DNA from: an uncultured Thermoprotei archaeon
GTDB lineage: Archaea > Thermoproteota > Thermoprotei > Thermofilales > B15-G2
DNA: 64,000 bases
Direction: 5' to 3'
Assembly (NCBI GenBank): GCA_965367815.1
Contig: CBDUKN010000005.1
Coordinates: forward strand, 1-64,000
Positions 29,103 through 40,157 of this stretch are shown here, in pieces. Position 1 is the stretch's first letter, and each line of letters begins with the position of its first letter. The notes beneath the pieces were generated by a model. It ran no database searches. It saw only the letters and a list, made by a program, of their open reading frames with translations, and was not told where the DNA came from. The position numbers and the translations under genes are program-made.

Positions 29103-31811
29103 ATGTCTTCGATTAAATGGTTTAAACTTACAGTGGAAGATGTACTAGAAAAATTGAACACTTGTTTGAAGGGCCTTAGCGAAGAGGAGGCTAAGAGAAG
29201 ACTAGAGCTATACGGGTTCAATGAAATTCCTGAGCGCAGGAAAAGGGGCCCTCTCGACATATTCATTGACCAGTTTAAGAGCATACTTGTTTTGCTTTTA
29301 GTAGTAACTACTATAGTATCGTTTCTTTTAGGCGAAGTAAAGGATGCATTCGCTATTCTGGCGATAGTGATAATCAATACTATTCTCGGCTTTATTCAAG
29401 AGTATCGTGCAGAGAAATCTGTTGAAATGCTCAAAAAACTAGCGGCGCCGAAAGCCACTGTTATTAGAAATGGTATAGAGAAAATTATACCTGCACGCGA
29501 AATAGTTCCCGGAGACATAATAGTTCTCAAAGCCGGAGATAGAGTGCCCGCAGACGCTAGAGTAATCGAGGCGATGAACCTGCGCGTAGACGAGTCTATA
29601 TTGACAGGTGAGTCTGTTCCAATAGACAAGACCTCTGAGCCAATTGAAGCAGAAAGCCTGCAGATAGCGGATATGAAAAACATGGTTTTCATGGGGACAC
29701 TGGTCACCTACGGTAGGGGAAAAGCTGTAGTTACAGCTACAGGGTCTAAGACAGTTTTTGGAAAAATAGCTGAAGCTGTTCAAAAAGAGGAAAAAGAAGT
29801 AACTCCTCTGCAACGTAAAATGGAGCACTTAGGTAGAGTCCTAGTAGCTGTTGTCACTATTTTGACAGTAATAGTATTTCTCGACGAGTATTTCTTTGGA
29901 ACAGACCCCTTTGAAGCATTTATGACATCTGTTAGCCTAGCTGTTTCAGCTGTTCCTGAAGGTCTTCCCGCAGTAGTTACGGTAACTTTAGCCTTGGGTG
30001 TCCAAAGAATGGCTAAGCGAAACGCTATAGTCAGGAGATTATCGGCAGTAGAAGGACTTGGCAGTGTTACTGTAATCTGTACAGACAAAACCGGTACAAT
30101 AACAAAAAACGAGATGACAGTAGTTAGAGTCTACGCTGACTTCAAGGAAATCGAAGTAACGGGAGCAGGATATGTTCCTGAAGGAAAGTTTGTCTACAAG
30201 GGATCTCAGATAGATCCTCTGTCGAGTAGAACTCTTCGAAAGCTTCTCGAAGTATGTCTTCTATGCAACGACTCAAAACTCATTAAAGAAAACGGCGAGT
30301 GGAAAATAATAGGAGATCCTACTGAAGGATCCCTAATAGTTCTCGCCGCGAAAACAGGCCTCGATAAGAGCAATCTTGAGAAAAAGTGGCCTAGAGTAGA
30401 TGAAGTACCTTTTGATTCCGAAAGAAAAAGAATGACTACAATACACTTAGTCGACGGGAAGAAAGAGGCGTTTATGAAAGGAGCACCCGAAGTAGTGCTT
30501 TCTTTGTGCGACAGAATAATGGTTAATGGCGAGATAAGGAAAATGACTCAAGACGATGTAGAGAAAATACTGAAGAAAGCATCAGAGCTAGCGAATAACG
30601 CACTCAGAGTTCTCGCCATAGCCTATAGAGAGCTCAGCGAAAATACGCCTAAAAACGAAGTAGAGTCCCACATGATTTTCTTAGGCTTAGTCGGCATGAT
30701 AGATCCGCCGAGACCTGAAGTAAAGAGAGCCGTTGTGCTAGCAAAGCAAGCTGGAATCAAGGTAATAATGGTTACAGGAGACCACAAGTCGACGGCAGTA
30801 GCTATAGCTAAAGAAGTCGGAATAATAGAAGGAGACGATTTTCTAGCTCTCACAGGAGAAGACTTAGATAAAATGAGCGACGATGAGCTCTACGAAATAG
30901 TAGATAAAGTCAGTGTATACGCTAGAGTATCGCCTGAACACAAGCTAAGAATAGTGAAGCTTCTCAAAAAGAAGGGACACATAGTAGCTATGACTGGCGA
31001 CGGAGTAAATGACGCGCCTTCAGTCAAGCTAGCAGACATAGGAATAGCTATGGGGCAGAGAGGATCCGATGTAACTAGAGAAGTAGCAGACATAGTGCTA
31101 GCAGACGACAATTTCGTCACAATAGTCGCGGCAATAGAGGAAGGAAGAGGAATCTACGAAAATATAAGGAAGTTCCTCCGCCTACTGCTCTCCGCTAACT
31201 GGGACGAAATACTAGTAGTTTTCACGTGCTCTACGATGGATCTGCCTATACCTTTTACACCTATACAAATACTGTGGATTAATCTCTTAACGGATGGTCT
31301 GCCAGCCCTTGCGCTTGGCTTAGATCCGCCTGAACCAGGAATTATGAAAAGACCTCCTCGCGACCCTAATGAACCTGTGTACAAAGACATGGAGCTATTC
31401 ATAGCTGTATCGGTTTTAGTAGCTCTCTTCGCGTGGATTACACCGTTCTGGCTAGCATTGATAACTGGAAGAAATCTAGATGAAGCTAGGAGCATAGCTT
31501 TCACTCAGGCTGTTCTATTCGAGTTAATACTTTCCTTCAACTGTAGATCTGATACTCAATATGTCTTTAAGAATATCAAGCTTTTGTTTGCAAACAAGTA
31601 CCTTGTTCTAGCAGTTATTTTATCGCTAATACTCCAGCTAGCAGTAATATATGTGCCGTTTCTACGCTATATTTTCAAGACATGGCCTTTAACTCTAAGT
31701 GACTGGGTTATGGTAACGTGCTTTGCTCTCACAAGTCTACTGCTATACCCTGGGCTCTTTAAGACTAGCAGATTTATTCGTAAAAAGAGTAAAGCTGTCG
31801 TCAAAATGTAA
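29103..31811 (+). CDS. P-type (type II, Ca2+/Na+-like) cation-transporting ATPase
   Basis: TGES, VPEGL, DKTGT, KGAPE, TGDH, TGDGVND, QILWINL.TDG.PA. Confidence 0.95.
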   Translation: MSSIKWFKLTVEDVLEKLNTCLKGLSEEEAKRRLELYGFNEIPERRKRGPLDIFIDQFKSILVLLLVVTTIVSFLLGEVKDAFAILAIVIINTILGFIQEYRAEKSVEMLKKLAAPKATVIRNGIEKIIPAREIVPGDIIVLKAGDRVPADARVIEAMNLRVDESILTGESVPIDKTSEPIEAESLQIADMKNMVFMGTLVTYGRGKAVVTATGSKTVFGKIAEAVQKEEKEVTPLQRKMEHLGRVLVAVVTILTVIVFLDEYFFGTDPFEAFMTSVSLAVSAVPEGLPAVVTVTLALGVQRMAKRNAIVRRLSAVEGLGSVTVICTDKTGTITKNEMTVVRVYADFKEIEVTGAGYVPEGKFVYKGSQIDPLSSRTLRKLLEVCLLCNDSKLIKENGEWKIIGDPTEGSLIVLAAKTGLDKSNLEKKWPRVDEVPFDSERKRMTTIHLVDGKKEAFMKGAPEVVLSLCDRIMVNGEIRKMTQDDVEKILKKASELANNALRVLAIAYRELSENTPKNEVESHMIFLGLVGMIDPPRPEVKRAVVLAKQAGIKVIMVTGDHKSTAVAIAKEVGIIEGDDFLALTGEDLDKMSDDELYEIVDKVSVYARVSPEHKLRIVKLLKKKGHIVAMTGDGVNDAPSVKLADIGIAMGQRGSDVTREVADIVLADDNFVTIVAAIEEGRGIYENIRKFLRLLLSANWDEILVVFTCSTMDLPIPFTPIQILWINLLTDGLPALALGLDPPEPGIMKRPPRDPNEPVYKDMELFIAVSVLVALFAWITPFWLALITGRNLDEARSIAFTQAVLFELILSFNCRSDTQYVFKNIKLLFANKYLVLAVILSLILQLAVIYVPFLRYIFKTWPLTLSDWVMVTCFALTSLLLYPGLFKTSRFIRKKSKAVVKM

Positions 31812-32291
31812 ATAGAGTTTTGTGTTTTTAAGAAATCTAGCTAAATATTCTAATACTTCAATAGAATCATCGTGAACTTCTAAAACATTTTTGAGAGACT
31901 TTATTATCTCAAACTTTACTTCATAATCTTTTCTAAAATCTTCTCTTCTTCTAAAAAAGAAGGATATTTTAGATACAGGCACGCCGTAATCTTTCAGCTC
32001 TCTTAAAGTAGCCCTCTTAAGACTAGCTGGTCTACCGGTAACTATAGCTACATGCCCCTTCTCTATTCTATCTAAAAGGAGGTCTATTCCAACCTGTCTA
32101 GGCTTATCGTATATAATGTACTCTTCTGACAAAAACAGCTTCCAAAACTTAGACCGTGTTTTGATATCAAGGTCTCGAGGATCTTTTGCGTAAACACCTA
32201 ACTCTTCCATAACTGCTCTTATTTTATCTCTTACATCTACTAGCACGCCGTCTATGTCGAAAACATATACTCTACTGTACTCGAACAGCAT
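31743..32291 (-). CDS. HAD-superfamily phosphatase
   Basis: FDIDGVL, VTGRP, K, HDD motifs. Confidence 0.8.
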   Translation of the reverse strand: MLFEYSRVYVFDIDGVLVDVRDKIRAVMEELGVYAKDPRDLDIKTRSKFWKLFLSEEYIIYDKPRQVGIDLLLDRIEKGHVAIVTGRPASLKRATLRELKDYGVPVSKISFFFRRREDFRKDYEVKFEIIKSLKNVLEVHDDSIEVLEYLARFLKNTKLYLHFDDSFTLFTNKSASLKEPRV

Positions 32292-32343
32292 TACATTAGT
32301 GTTAGCGATTAAGATTTAATAAACTCTGAGACAATACTTACCT

Positions 32344-32865
32344 ATGATTACAGGAGTAGCATCTGATTCTCACGATAACTTAAGTAAAGTATCTAGAGCA
32401 GTTGAAGTTTTTAAAGAGCATGGAGTTGAACTAATACTGCATGCTGGAGACTATATAGCTCCCTTTACTTTGAAGAAGTTCTCAGAAGCTGGAGTAAAGC
32501 TAATAGGAGTTTTCGGGAACAACGACTGCGAAAAACCAGTCTTGTATAAAATAGCTATGTCTTACGGATTTGAGTTACATGGACAGCCACTAGAGCTGGA
32601 GCTCAGTGGAAGAAAAATCGTTCTCCTTCATGGCTGTGGAAATAAAAAGTTCACGAGAATATTCGTTGACGCTATTGCTGACACAGGTGAATACGATTTA
32701 GTTGTCTACGGACACACTCATGAAAAAGACTATAGGGTACTAGAGAAAAATGGAAAAAAAGTAATTATACTCAACCCCGGGGAAGTCTTCGGAGGACTTA
32801 CGGGAATATCGTCGGTAGCTATTGTTGACTTAAAGACGCTCGATGTGAAGATTATCGATATTTAG
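32344..32865 (+). CDS. Metallophosphoesterase (YfcE/MJ0936 family)
   Basis: SDSH, HAGD, GNND, HG, GHTH, NPGE. Confidence 0.9.
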   Translation: MITGVASDSHDNLSKVSRAVEVFKEHGVELILHAGDYIAPFTLKKFSEAGVKLIGVFGNNDCEKPVLYKIAMSYGFELHGQPLELELSGRKIVLLHGCGNKKFTRIFVDAIADTGEYDLVVYGHTHEKDYRVLEKNGKKVIILNPGEVFGGLTGISSVAIVDLKTLDVKIIDI

Positions 32866-33245
32866 CTTTCTTTGTAGGCAATGAAGCTTATTTCAATTAA
32901 CGCGCCTTTAGGTAAGTTAGATACTTCAACAGTGGTTCTCGCTGGAGGTTTTTCTTTAAAGAACTTAGAATATTCTTCATTAAACTCGGGAAAATCTTTT
33001 AAGTCTTTCAAGTAAACAAAGGTAGCTACAACATCTTCGAAAGTATAGCCAGCTGCTTCAAGAATACTCTTTATGTTCTCTAGAACTCTTCTTGTCTGCT
33101 CTCTAATGTTTTCTCCAACAAGTTTCCCTGTTTCAGGGTCAATTGCTATTTGTCCTGCACCGAAAAGAAATGGTCCTGCTTTTATTGCCTGAGAGTAAGG
33201 GCCTATTGGCTTAGGAGCCTTCTCTGTAAAAACTACTTCTTTCAC
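32862..33245 (-). CDS. ridA: RidA reactive intermediate deaminase
   Basis: [18 protein letters not shown]....LP....IE. Confidence 0.93.
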   Translation of the reverse strand: MKEVVFTEKAPKPIGPYSQAIKAGPFLFGAGQIAIDPETGKLVGENIREQTRRVLENIKSILEAAGYTFEDVVATFVYLKDLKDFPEFNEEYSKFFKEKPPARTTVEVSNLPKGALIEISFIAYKES

Positions 33246-33324
33246 ATGTAGTATTCTTCTGAGAAGTAAATAAAACTTAGGAAGTAAGCGCTACATTTAA
33301 GGACTCTGAGAGAAAGTAGTTCAA

Positions 33325-34077
33325 GTGAATTTAGGAATATCTACGTGGGGTATTGAAGGAAAACTGATTGATGCTGCAAGAATTGCGGCAAAGTACTTCA
33401 ATGTAGTAGAAATATTTATTAGAAGCTACGAAGAGCTGAAGACAGTAAACGTACAGGGGCTCAAAAAACTTAATGTAGTTTTTACAGTACATGCGCCTGA
33501 ACAAGCTAGCTTAACTCTACCTAATTTGCAAGAATTAAAAAAGAGTATAGAAATAGTTAAATCGAGTATAGATTTAGCATATTCTCTAGACTCAGATATA
33601 GTTGTAGTTCATTCGGGAAGAAAATACGATGAGCAGAGCACCGATAGACTTGTTTATGCTCTTCGAGAATGTTCTTCTTACGCGGAAGCTCTTGGAGTGT
33701 ACTTATGTTTAGAAAACGGCTGGGGCAGAGGGTTAATTCACACACTGAGTCAGATAAGAGAAGTGATATCTAAAGTAGGCTCAGATTACTTAAAGGCTAC
33801 ACTCGATATAGGTCACTACTTTATAGTAGGCATGGATCCTGTAGACGAGTACCAAAAGAACTACGATATAGTTTTTCAAATTCATCTTCATAGCAACTAC
33901 GGTAATAAGGATGAACACTTGCCGCCATATGTAGGACTACTAGACCTACGTAGATTTGTTAAAGTCTTAAAGGAGAGAATGTACAATAGATGTATTGTTC
34001 TTGAAGTAAAGTGCGGCAAAAAACCCGAAGACTTTATTTCCGATATGAAAAAAGAGCTAGAGAGATACTTCATATAA
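33325..34077 (+). CDS. Sugar phosphate isomerase/epimerase (AP endonuclease 2 TIM barrel)
   Basis: VHAP, VVHSG, LEN, LDIGH, IHLHSN.G..DEHL, LE. Confidence 0.85.
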   Translation: MNLGISTWGIEGKLIDAARIAAKYFNVVEIFIRSYEELKTVNVQGLKKLNVVFTVHAPEQASLTLPNLQELKKSIEIVKSSIDLAYSLDSDIVVVHSGRKYDEQSTDRLVYALRECSSYAEALGVYLCLENGWGRGLIHTLSQIREVISKVGSDYLKATLDIGHYFIVGMDPVDEYQKNYDIVFQIHLHSNYGNKDEHLPPYVGLLDLRRFVKVLKERMYNRCIVLEVKCGKKPEDFISDMKKELERYFI

Positions 34078-35055
34078 TATTACTCTATCTACTTCTAGGT
34101 TCACTCCAAGGTCTTTGCTGTAAGTAGGATCTATTGATTCAACGTATATCAGGTATCTTTCTTCAAATGGGTCGTAAACTATGTCTACATAGCTGTGTAT
34201 TGGATAGTCTCTGCGCTCAAAAGGAGACATAGGCTTCCATTCTCCTATGAAAACTGTCTCTAAGTTCAATGACCTGTAGTCTATAATATAGGATTCGAAG
34301 TGTTTTGCTACAGCAGCACCGTTTATAACAGTACGGCTTGCTACACCAACAAACATTGGTCCTAGTCCTGTCGAGAAAATATTTCCGTAAAGAAGAAGAT
34401 AATCTGGTTGAGAATCGCCGTCTATTTTTAATACACCAAGCTTACTCCAATGTATTCCGTCGCTACTAACAGCAAGAGCTACATTTACTTTCTTACCGTT
34501 ATTAGCTTTATATAGGGCAAAGTACTTTCCGTCAACAAAACTTATTGTAGCGTCTCTGGCTTCAAGGGAGTCGTACTCGGTTCCCCTCTCTAAAACTACT
34601 CCGAGAGAAGTCCAAGGGCCTCTAGGGTCGTCTGCAGCTAAGAGTAAAGTGCACCAGCCTTTTCTTTCAGCATCGTCTATTGCTAAGTAAAGGTAATATT
34701 TTCCTGTTAGAGGGTCTCGGAGGAGCTGCTGTCCCTCAATACTATTTATTTTAATTCCGCAGAGTTCGGATACTTCTTCTTTACTAATGTAGGCTACTAG
34801 ACTGTAGTCTTCGCCGTTAGTAGACCTGTATATTTCAACAGCATAGCCTCTCACGCCTACTTTTCTAGGTCTAGTGGTCATCCAAAATTCGTGTGAATCA
34901 TAGTCTACTACCACGTTTCCTGCGCCTCGCCAAGACCCTGGCTCAAAGGAAGGAGGGTCTAAAACTACTTTAAGGAACTTTCTTTGAGACAAAAGGTACT
35001 GCGGAGGAATTGCTCCATGTATTCTCCAGCCTTCAAGCTTATTTTTCATACTCAC
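34057..35055 (-). CDS. Putative five-bladed beta-propeller glycoside hydrolase (GH43/32/130-like)
   Basis: S..G..Y, GPW, RDATI...DGKY...Y, SSDGIHW Asp-box-like repeats. Confidence 0.55.
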   Translation of the reverse strand: MSMKNKLEGWRIHGAIPPQYLLSQRKFLKVVLDPPSFEPGSWRGAGNVVVDYDSHEFWMTTRPRKVGVRGYAVEIYRSTNGEDYSLVAYISKEEVSELCGIKINSIEGQQLLRDPLTGKYYLYLAIDDAERKGWCTLLLAADDPRGPWTSLGVVLERGTEYDSLEARDATISFVDGKYFALYKANNGKKVNVALAVSSDGIHWSKLGVLKIDGDSQPDYLLLYGNIFSTGLGPMFVGVASRTVINGAAVAKHFESYIIDYRSLNLETVFIGEWKPMSPFERRDYPIHSYVDIVYDPFEERYLIYVESIDPTYSKDLGVNLEVDRVILYEVSL

Positions 35056-35086
35056 ACTTAATATTCGGGGCTAGGAATATATTATA

Positions 35087-35884
35087 TTAAGTAAGACCGT
35101 ATTTTCTGTAAACGTCCAGTTTTCTTTGATAAATTGCTGGAACTATTTTCCTAACTTCTTCTACTCTATTTAAATCTAAGTCTATTACAGCTACTTTTTC
35201 ACCTATACCTAAATCTATTATAACATAGCCTAGAGGGTCTACGGCAATACTTCTTCCTATAAAATCTTCTCCTGCATGACAGCAAGCAGCAACAAAAACT
35301 CCATTTTCATGAGCTCTCGCTTTGAGTAAAGTAAACCACTGTTCTTCTTTGAGAAGACCTCTGTACCATCCGGCACTTACTGCTATTACTTTAGCTCCTT
35401 TAAGTGCTAAAATTCTAGCTAATTCTGGGAAACGAATATCGTAGCATATTTCAAAACCTACAGGAGCTCCACGTACATCAGCTATAACTATTTCTTCTCC
35501 TGGAGAGAAGACCTTAGATTCTCTGTATTTAAATGCGTCAAAAAGATGTATTTTCCTATATATAGCCTTTATTTCACCTTTATCGCTAATAAGTACTGTA
35601 GAATTAAATATTTTATCATTTCTTTTTTCATGAACATTTACAGCTACATAGACCTCTTTTCCTTTGGCTGTTTCTTTAACTTTGCTCAAGAACGGGCCAT
35701 CGAGCGGCTCTGCTATTTTTTCTACAAATTTTCTATTAAAAGGCTTTGAGTAAGCCATAGAATACTCTGGAAATAATATTAAATCAGATAGTTTACTATA
35801 ATTTTCTATTATTTTGCAGATTTTATTTAAATTATCTTCTTTGTTCTCTACAGAAGCTATTTGAGCGAGCGCTACTTTAAACAC
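35087..35884 (-). CDS. Carbon-nitrogen hydrolase (Nit1/deaminated glutathione amidase-like)
   Basis: FPE, YRKIHLFD, ICYDIRFPE catalytic triad, ARA.EN. Confidence 0.9.
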   Translation of the reverse strand: MFKVALAQIASVENKEDNLNKICKIIENYSKLSDLILFPEYSMAYSKPFNRKFVEKIAEPLDGPFLSKVKETAKGKEVYVAVNVHEKRNDKIFNSTVLISDKGEIKAIYRKIHLFDAFKYRESKVFSPGEEIVIADVRGAPVGFEICYDIRFPELARILALKGAKVIAVSAGWYRGLLKEEQWFTLLKARAHENGVFVAACCHAGEDFIGRSIAVDPLGYVIIDLGIGEKVAVIDLDLNRVEEVRKIVPAIYQRKLDVYRKYGLT

Positions 35885-35903
35885 AGTTTAAAATACTTTC
35901 CTC

Positions 35904-36998
35904 CTACTTAAACAGTTTCACAACATCCTCAGTCGAGGCTTTGACGCCTTTAGAAAGGATTGCCTTAAAGCAGTACATGTAAATAGGAGCTTGCCAAGCA
36001 GCTTTTTCGCCAATCCACTTCTCTTTAGTTATTTCTGAAAGTCTCCTTCCTTCAGGAATACTTATAGTAAAGTAGTGCTGTTCAAGTATTTTCCATAAAT
36101 CTTTTTCAGCTAAAATATCTACTTCTTCTGCTTCCTTCATTTCACTCAAAATATCTGCTAAAGATCGTCTTCTATTCAATGAATACTTCTCTATAGCTCT
36201 CTTCACATACTCGAGATTCTGCTCGATAAAGGCTTCGAGATTCCACTTTAAGTTAAGGAGCTCTACTGTTAACCCCAAGTTTCCTCCACATAAAGTCCAT
36301 AATTCGCTGAAGTCAAGGGGGCAAGATACTTCGCTCAGAAACTTTTCATAAGTGCTCTTATCGAAGTTCCATAAAATATTTAGTTCTATTTTTGGTAAAC
36401 CTAAAATATTTCTTGAAAATACGGCTAGTATTTTTATAGTGCCACCCGCTTTCTTAATGGATTCAGAGAGTTTGCCGCGTAGTTCCTGACCAAGCTTATT
36501 GACGACCTTAATTGTATTCTGGTCACTTAGTACTTCGTCCAGGCCGTCGACAATAATTATGTGCTTTAATTTAAGTCTTTTCTTAAATATGAACTTTATT
36601 TTAGTTGATATTCTTAAAGGCGCATAGGGGTCTATAAATCCCAGTAGTTCTAAGCCTTTAGCTGGATATGAAAATCTATCGACTACTCTGAAGTATTTTT
36701 TGGACCATTTAGCTATATCCTTAGATATTCCAGAGTTTGTTGAATATATTTGAGTATACAAGTTGAGTCCTCTTCTCATATAGCCTATGTATGTTACTTG
36801 AGTATCTCCTTTTTCTTTAAGTAAATATGATATAACGTGCATCAAGTTAGTTTTTCCACAGCCTCTGGGACCTATTATAGCATGAGTCTGGAAATCCTCT
36901 AGAGCCAGTATACTGGAGATTTCTTTTTCTCTATCGATAAAGTGTATCCCTATATTGGGTAGTCGATATTTTTTTAGTATTGGAGCTGATAGCTCCAT
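35904..36998 (-). CDS. Archaeal P-loop ATPase (ATPase_2-like)
   Basis: FIDREKEI, GPRGCGKT Walker A, IIIVDG Walker B, GGN, AWQ.P.Y. Confidence 0.75.
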   Translation of the reverse strand: MELSAPILKKYRLPNIGIHFIDREKEISSILALEDFQTHAIIGPRGCGKTNLMHVISYLLKEKGDTQVTYIGYMRRGLNLYTQIYSTNSGISKDIAKWSKKYFRVVDRFSYPAKGLELLGFIDPYAPLRISTKIKFIFKKRLKLKHIIIVDGLDEVLSDQNTIKVVNKLGQELRGKLSESIKKAGGTIKILAVFSRNILGLPKIELNILWNFDKSTYEKFLSEVSCPLDFSELWTLCGGNLGLTVELLNLKWNLEAFIEQNLEYVKRAIEKYSLNRRRSLADILSEMKEAEEVDILAEKDLWKILEQHYFTISIPEGRRLSEITKEKWIGEKAAWQAPIYMYCFKAILSKGVKASTEDVVKLFK

Positions 36999-37047
36999 GT
37001 GCTACAGATATTACTCGAATTTAGCTATAAATATATAATTGTCATGG

Positions 37048-38604
37048 TTAACAGGGCTCAATAGTTGAAGGAGGCTTAGGAGTTATTGCGTAAGTTACCA
37101 TGGTGACATCATCTATTTCGTTGTAAATTCTGCTGGCTATTTTCTCGAGAATACTATAAGGTAGTTTTGCATAATCTGCGGTCATACCGTCTATGCTTTC
37201 TACAATTCTTATTGTGACAATGTATCCTTCAGCACGCTTATCGCCTTTAACTCCTACCCATTTATCTTCTCCTACTACAGCGAAAGCTTGCCACACTTTA
37301 TCATAGATTCCGTTTTTCTTCAGCTCTTCTTCAACTATTTTAGAGGCTTTTCTAACAATTTCTAGTTTTTTCTCATTTACTTCACCTATTATGCGGACAG
37401 CGAGTCCTGGTCCGGGGAAAGGATGCTTCTTTATGAGAGAATCCGGCAGATCCAATGCTTTAGCTATTTGCCGTACTTCATCTTTATAGAAGTATTTTAA
37501 AGGCTCTATAAGCTTTAAATTAAACCATTTCGGTAAACCTGCTACATTGTGGTGGCTTTTAATTCTGGCTGAGTGCTTTACTTTGCCGCTCTCAATTACA
37601 TCGGGGTAAATTGTGCCTTGAGCTAGCCACTTAATGGAAGAATCTCTTTCGACAATTTCCTTAAATATCTTAGCAAATTCTTCTCCTATAATTTTCCTCT
37701 TTTCTTCGGGATCTTTTACGCCTTTCAGTCTAAAGAGAAATCTTTCCTTTGCATTTACGAAGATATAGTTTACTTTAAGCCTCTTTAGCAAATTAAGAGT
37801 GATCTCTACTTCTCCTTCTCTCAGCAGTCCGTGGTCTACAAAAACTGCTACTAGTCTGTCTCCTATAGCTCTTTGAACTAATGCTGCTGTTACTGTAGAA
37901 TCTACTCCTCCGCTAACTGCACAGAGAACCTTTTCTTTACTGCCTACTTTTGCTTTAATTTCACTCACAAGTTTTTCTATCACTTGCTGAGGATTCCAGG
38001 AGGCTTTGCACTTCGCTATAGTGTAGAGAAAATTTTTGAGTAGGAGAAGACCTTTAGGTGTATGAGAAACTTCGGGATGAAACTGAACTCCATATATGGG
38101 TTTGTTTTTCACTTTGAATGCTGCAATAACATTATTTACTGAAACTGCTAAAATTTCAAGTGCTTCGGGTAGCGATTTGACTTGGTCTCGGTGGCTCATC
38201 CAGACTACTTCTTCTTGATTCCAGTTCTCGAAAAGAGCATTTCTTTTAACAATTTTTACTAAAGTTTTTCCATATTCTCCAGGACCTTTAGCTATAGTTC
38301 CTCCAAGCATGTAGGCTAACAGCTGATGCCCATAGCATATCCCGAGAACTGGTATTTCTCCGCGGAGAACTACTTTCAGTTTACTGGGATCAATGTCTGG
38401 AGGGCTCAGTGGGCTTCCTGAAAGTATTATTGCTTTAGGCTTTATTTCACGTAAAGTTTCCTCAGAGAAGTCAGCGTAATGGATTATCTCAGAGTATACT
38501 TTGAGTTCTCTTACTCTACGGGCTATCAGGTGAGCGTATTGTCCTCCAAAGTTAATTACAAGAGTTGTGTCGTGTGTAAAGTAAGGTCTCCAGTTATTCT
38601 GCAT
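37048..38604 (-). CDS. guaA: GMP synthase (fused GATase + ATP-PPase)
   Basis: LGICYGHQ, QFHPE, SGGVDS, IKSHHNV, PFPGPGL, KPPSTIE. Confidence 0.96.
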   Translation of the reverse strand: MQNNWRPYFTHDTTLVINFGGQYAHLIARRVRELKVYSEIIHYADFSEETLREIKPKAIILSGSPLSPPDIDPSKLKVVLRGEIPVLGICYGHQLLAYMLGGTIAKGPGEYGKTLVKIVKRNALFENWNQEEVVWMSHRDQVKSLPEALEILAVSVNNVIAAFKVKNKPIYGVQFHPEVSHTPKGLLLLKNFLYTIAKCKASWNPQQVIEKLVSEIKAKVGSKEKVLCAVSGGVDSTVTAALVQRAIGDRLVAVFVDHGLLREGEVEITLNLLKRLKVNYIFVNAKERFLFRLKGVKDPEEKRKIIGEEFAKIFKEIVERDSSIKWLAQGTIYPDVIESGKVKHSARIKSHHNVAGLPKWFNLKLIEPLKYFYKDEVRQIAKALDLPDSLIKKHPFPGPGLAVRIIGEVNEKKLEIVRKASKIVEEELKKNGIYDKVWQAFAVVGEDKWVGVKGDKRAEGYIVTIRIVESIDGMTADYAKLPYSILEKIASRIYNEIDDVTMVTYAITPKPPSTIEPC

Positions 38605-38606
38605 AG

Positions 38607-40028
38607 TTATAGGCTAGTTAAAATGTCATGTGGAAGTACTTCTCTACGCCCTATTGGAGTTAATTTAGCGAACTTGGCTTTTAACCAGAGTTCCTTAATG
38701 TTGCGTGCTCCAACATACCCTAGTGCGGCTTGTAGACCTCCTTTAAATTCTTCTACGACGCTCGCTACAGAACCTCTGTAAGGTACTAATCCCTCTACTC
38801 CTTCCGCTATTTTCTTTGAAGGCAAAGAATATCTATCCATAGAGTACCTTTTTGCTAAGGCACTTTTACTACCCATTCCTCTGTAAAGCTTGTATAGACG
38901 CGAGCCGACCGGTATTAGCGGACTACAGGCTTCATCTGTACCTGCGAGGGCTCGACCCAGCATTACAGCAGAGGCACCTGCAGCAAGCGCTTTAGCTGCG
39001 TCACCCGGTGTCTTTATTCCACCGTCAGCTATTATCGGTATATGCGCTACCCCATAGTCTTCAAGAGCATCTCTGACGTTAGCTACTGCAAAGAGTGTTG
39101 GAGCAGCTACACCAGTAGCTATTCCAGTTGAGCATATGCTTCCGCTGGCTATTCCTACTCTCAGCCCCGCTACGTTCTCAAGCATGGTTAGTATATCTTC
39201 GCATGCTTCATATGTTCCAATATTGCCTACGACAATGTCTACGCTTATTTCACGAAGAAGTTTCTTAGTAGCCTTAATGCAGTTGAGGTTATGGAAGTGC
39301 GCTACATCTACTACCAGTACATCTACCCATTTTTCAAGCATTTTTGCTCTTTTCAAGTCATAGGGAGAGATGGCTGCACCGGCCATTAGTCTTCCCTTTT
39401 CGTCTACTAAAGGCGTTATTTCGCCGTTAAGGCCGTTATCTAGTGTTCCCCAGTATCTTCCGTTACTGTCTACTATAGCTAGAAAGCTCTTCAAGTGAAT
39501 TTTGTCTGCTCTGAGTATTTCTTCCTTTCTGAGAACGTCATCTTTGACAACGTACTTAGCTACAGGATCTTTGCTTTCAGCTTTTCTTATACAGCTGTAC
39601 TTAAAATACCCTAGGAATAAACCGTTGGAGTCGACTACAGGTAGAACTTCGGTATTCAGCTCTACAAGCTTTCTGTATGCTTCCTCAACAGTAGAGGTGG
39701 CTTCTAGGTAAACGTACTTTATAGGGAATACAGGAGCTTCTTTAACTTTTTTAACTAATTCAACTTGATTTTCTCTAGAACAGTTTCTATGAATTATGCC
39801 TAGTCCGCCTAGCCTCGCTAAAGCTATTGCCATTTCTGCTTCGGTAACGGTATCCATGGGAGAGGAAACTATCGGTATATGTGCCTTAATATTTACAGTT
39901 ATATTAGTGGATAAGTCTACTTCTCGAGGCTCTACACTACTTCTCGAAGGAAGTAATACTATGTCTTCGAAGGTGAGAGCTATGGGCGCGTTAACAAGTT
40001 TATCTATAAATTTTCCCACAGCCGACAC
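38607..40028 (-). CDS. guaB: IMP dehydrogenase (with CBS insert)
   Basis: SSPMDTVT, IIHRN, GSICST, IIADGG, YRGMGS, EGVEG. Confidence 0.93.
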   Translation of the reverse strand: MSAVGKFIDKLVNAPIALTFEDIVLLPSRSSVEPREVDLSTNITVNIKAHIPIVSSPMDTVTEAEMAIALARLGGLGIIHRNCSRENQVELVKKVKEAPVFPIKYVYLEATSTVEEAYRKLVELNTEVLPVVDSNGLFLGYFKYSCIRKAESKDPVAKYVVKDDVLRKEEILRADKIHLKSFLAIVDSNGRYWGTLDNGLNGEITPLVDEKGRLMAGAAISPYDLKRAKMLEKWVDVLVVDVAHFHNLNCIKATKKLLREISVDIVVGNIGTYEACEDILTMLENVAGLRVGIASGSICSTGIATGVAAPTLFAVANVRDALEDYGVAHIPIIADGGIKTPGDAAKALAAGASAVMLGRALAGTDEACSPLIPVGSRLYKLYRGMGSKSALAKRYSMDRYSLPSKKIAEGVEGLVPYRGSVASVVEEFKGGLQAALGYVGARNIKELWLKAKFAKLTPIGRREVLPHDILTSL

Positions 40029-40157
40029 CCTTTTGGGAGCTATTATTTAAGTAAAATATTTAAATTTTTCTCATAATAGAGGAATAGATTTTCATCATTT
40101 AATTGAAGACCAGTCTATGCGAAAACTATATCAGAGTAGAGCGCAATATCCTCTTAG

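Noticed and set aside
29084-31504. Many short antisense ORFs over the P-type ATPase (similar shadows over hdrA, guaB, purB, iorA)
   Set aside because: Shadow frames of well-supported genes, Ser/Thr-rich with no motifs.
35904-36998. ATPase as the missing energiser of the FtsX systems
   Set aside because: It lacks the ABC signature (LSGGQ), Q-loop and H-loop; it is an archaeal ATPase_2-type protein.
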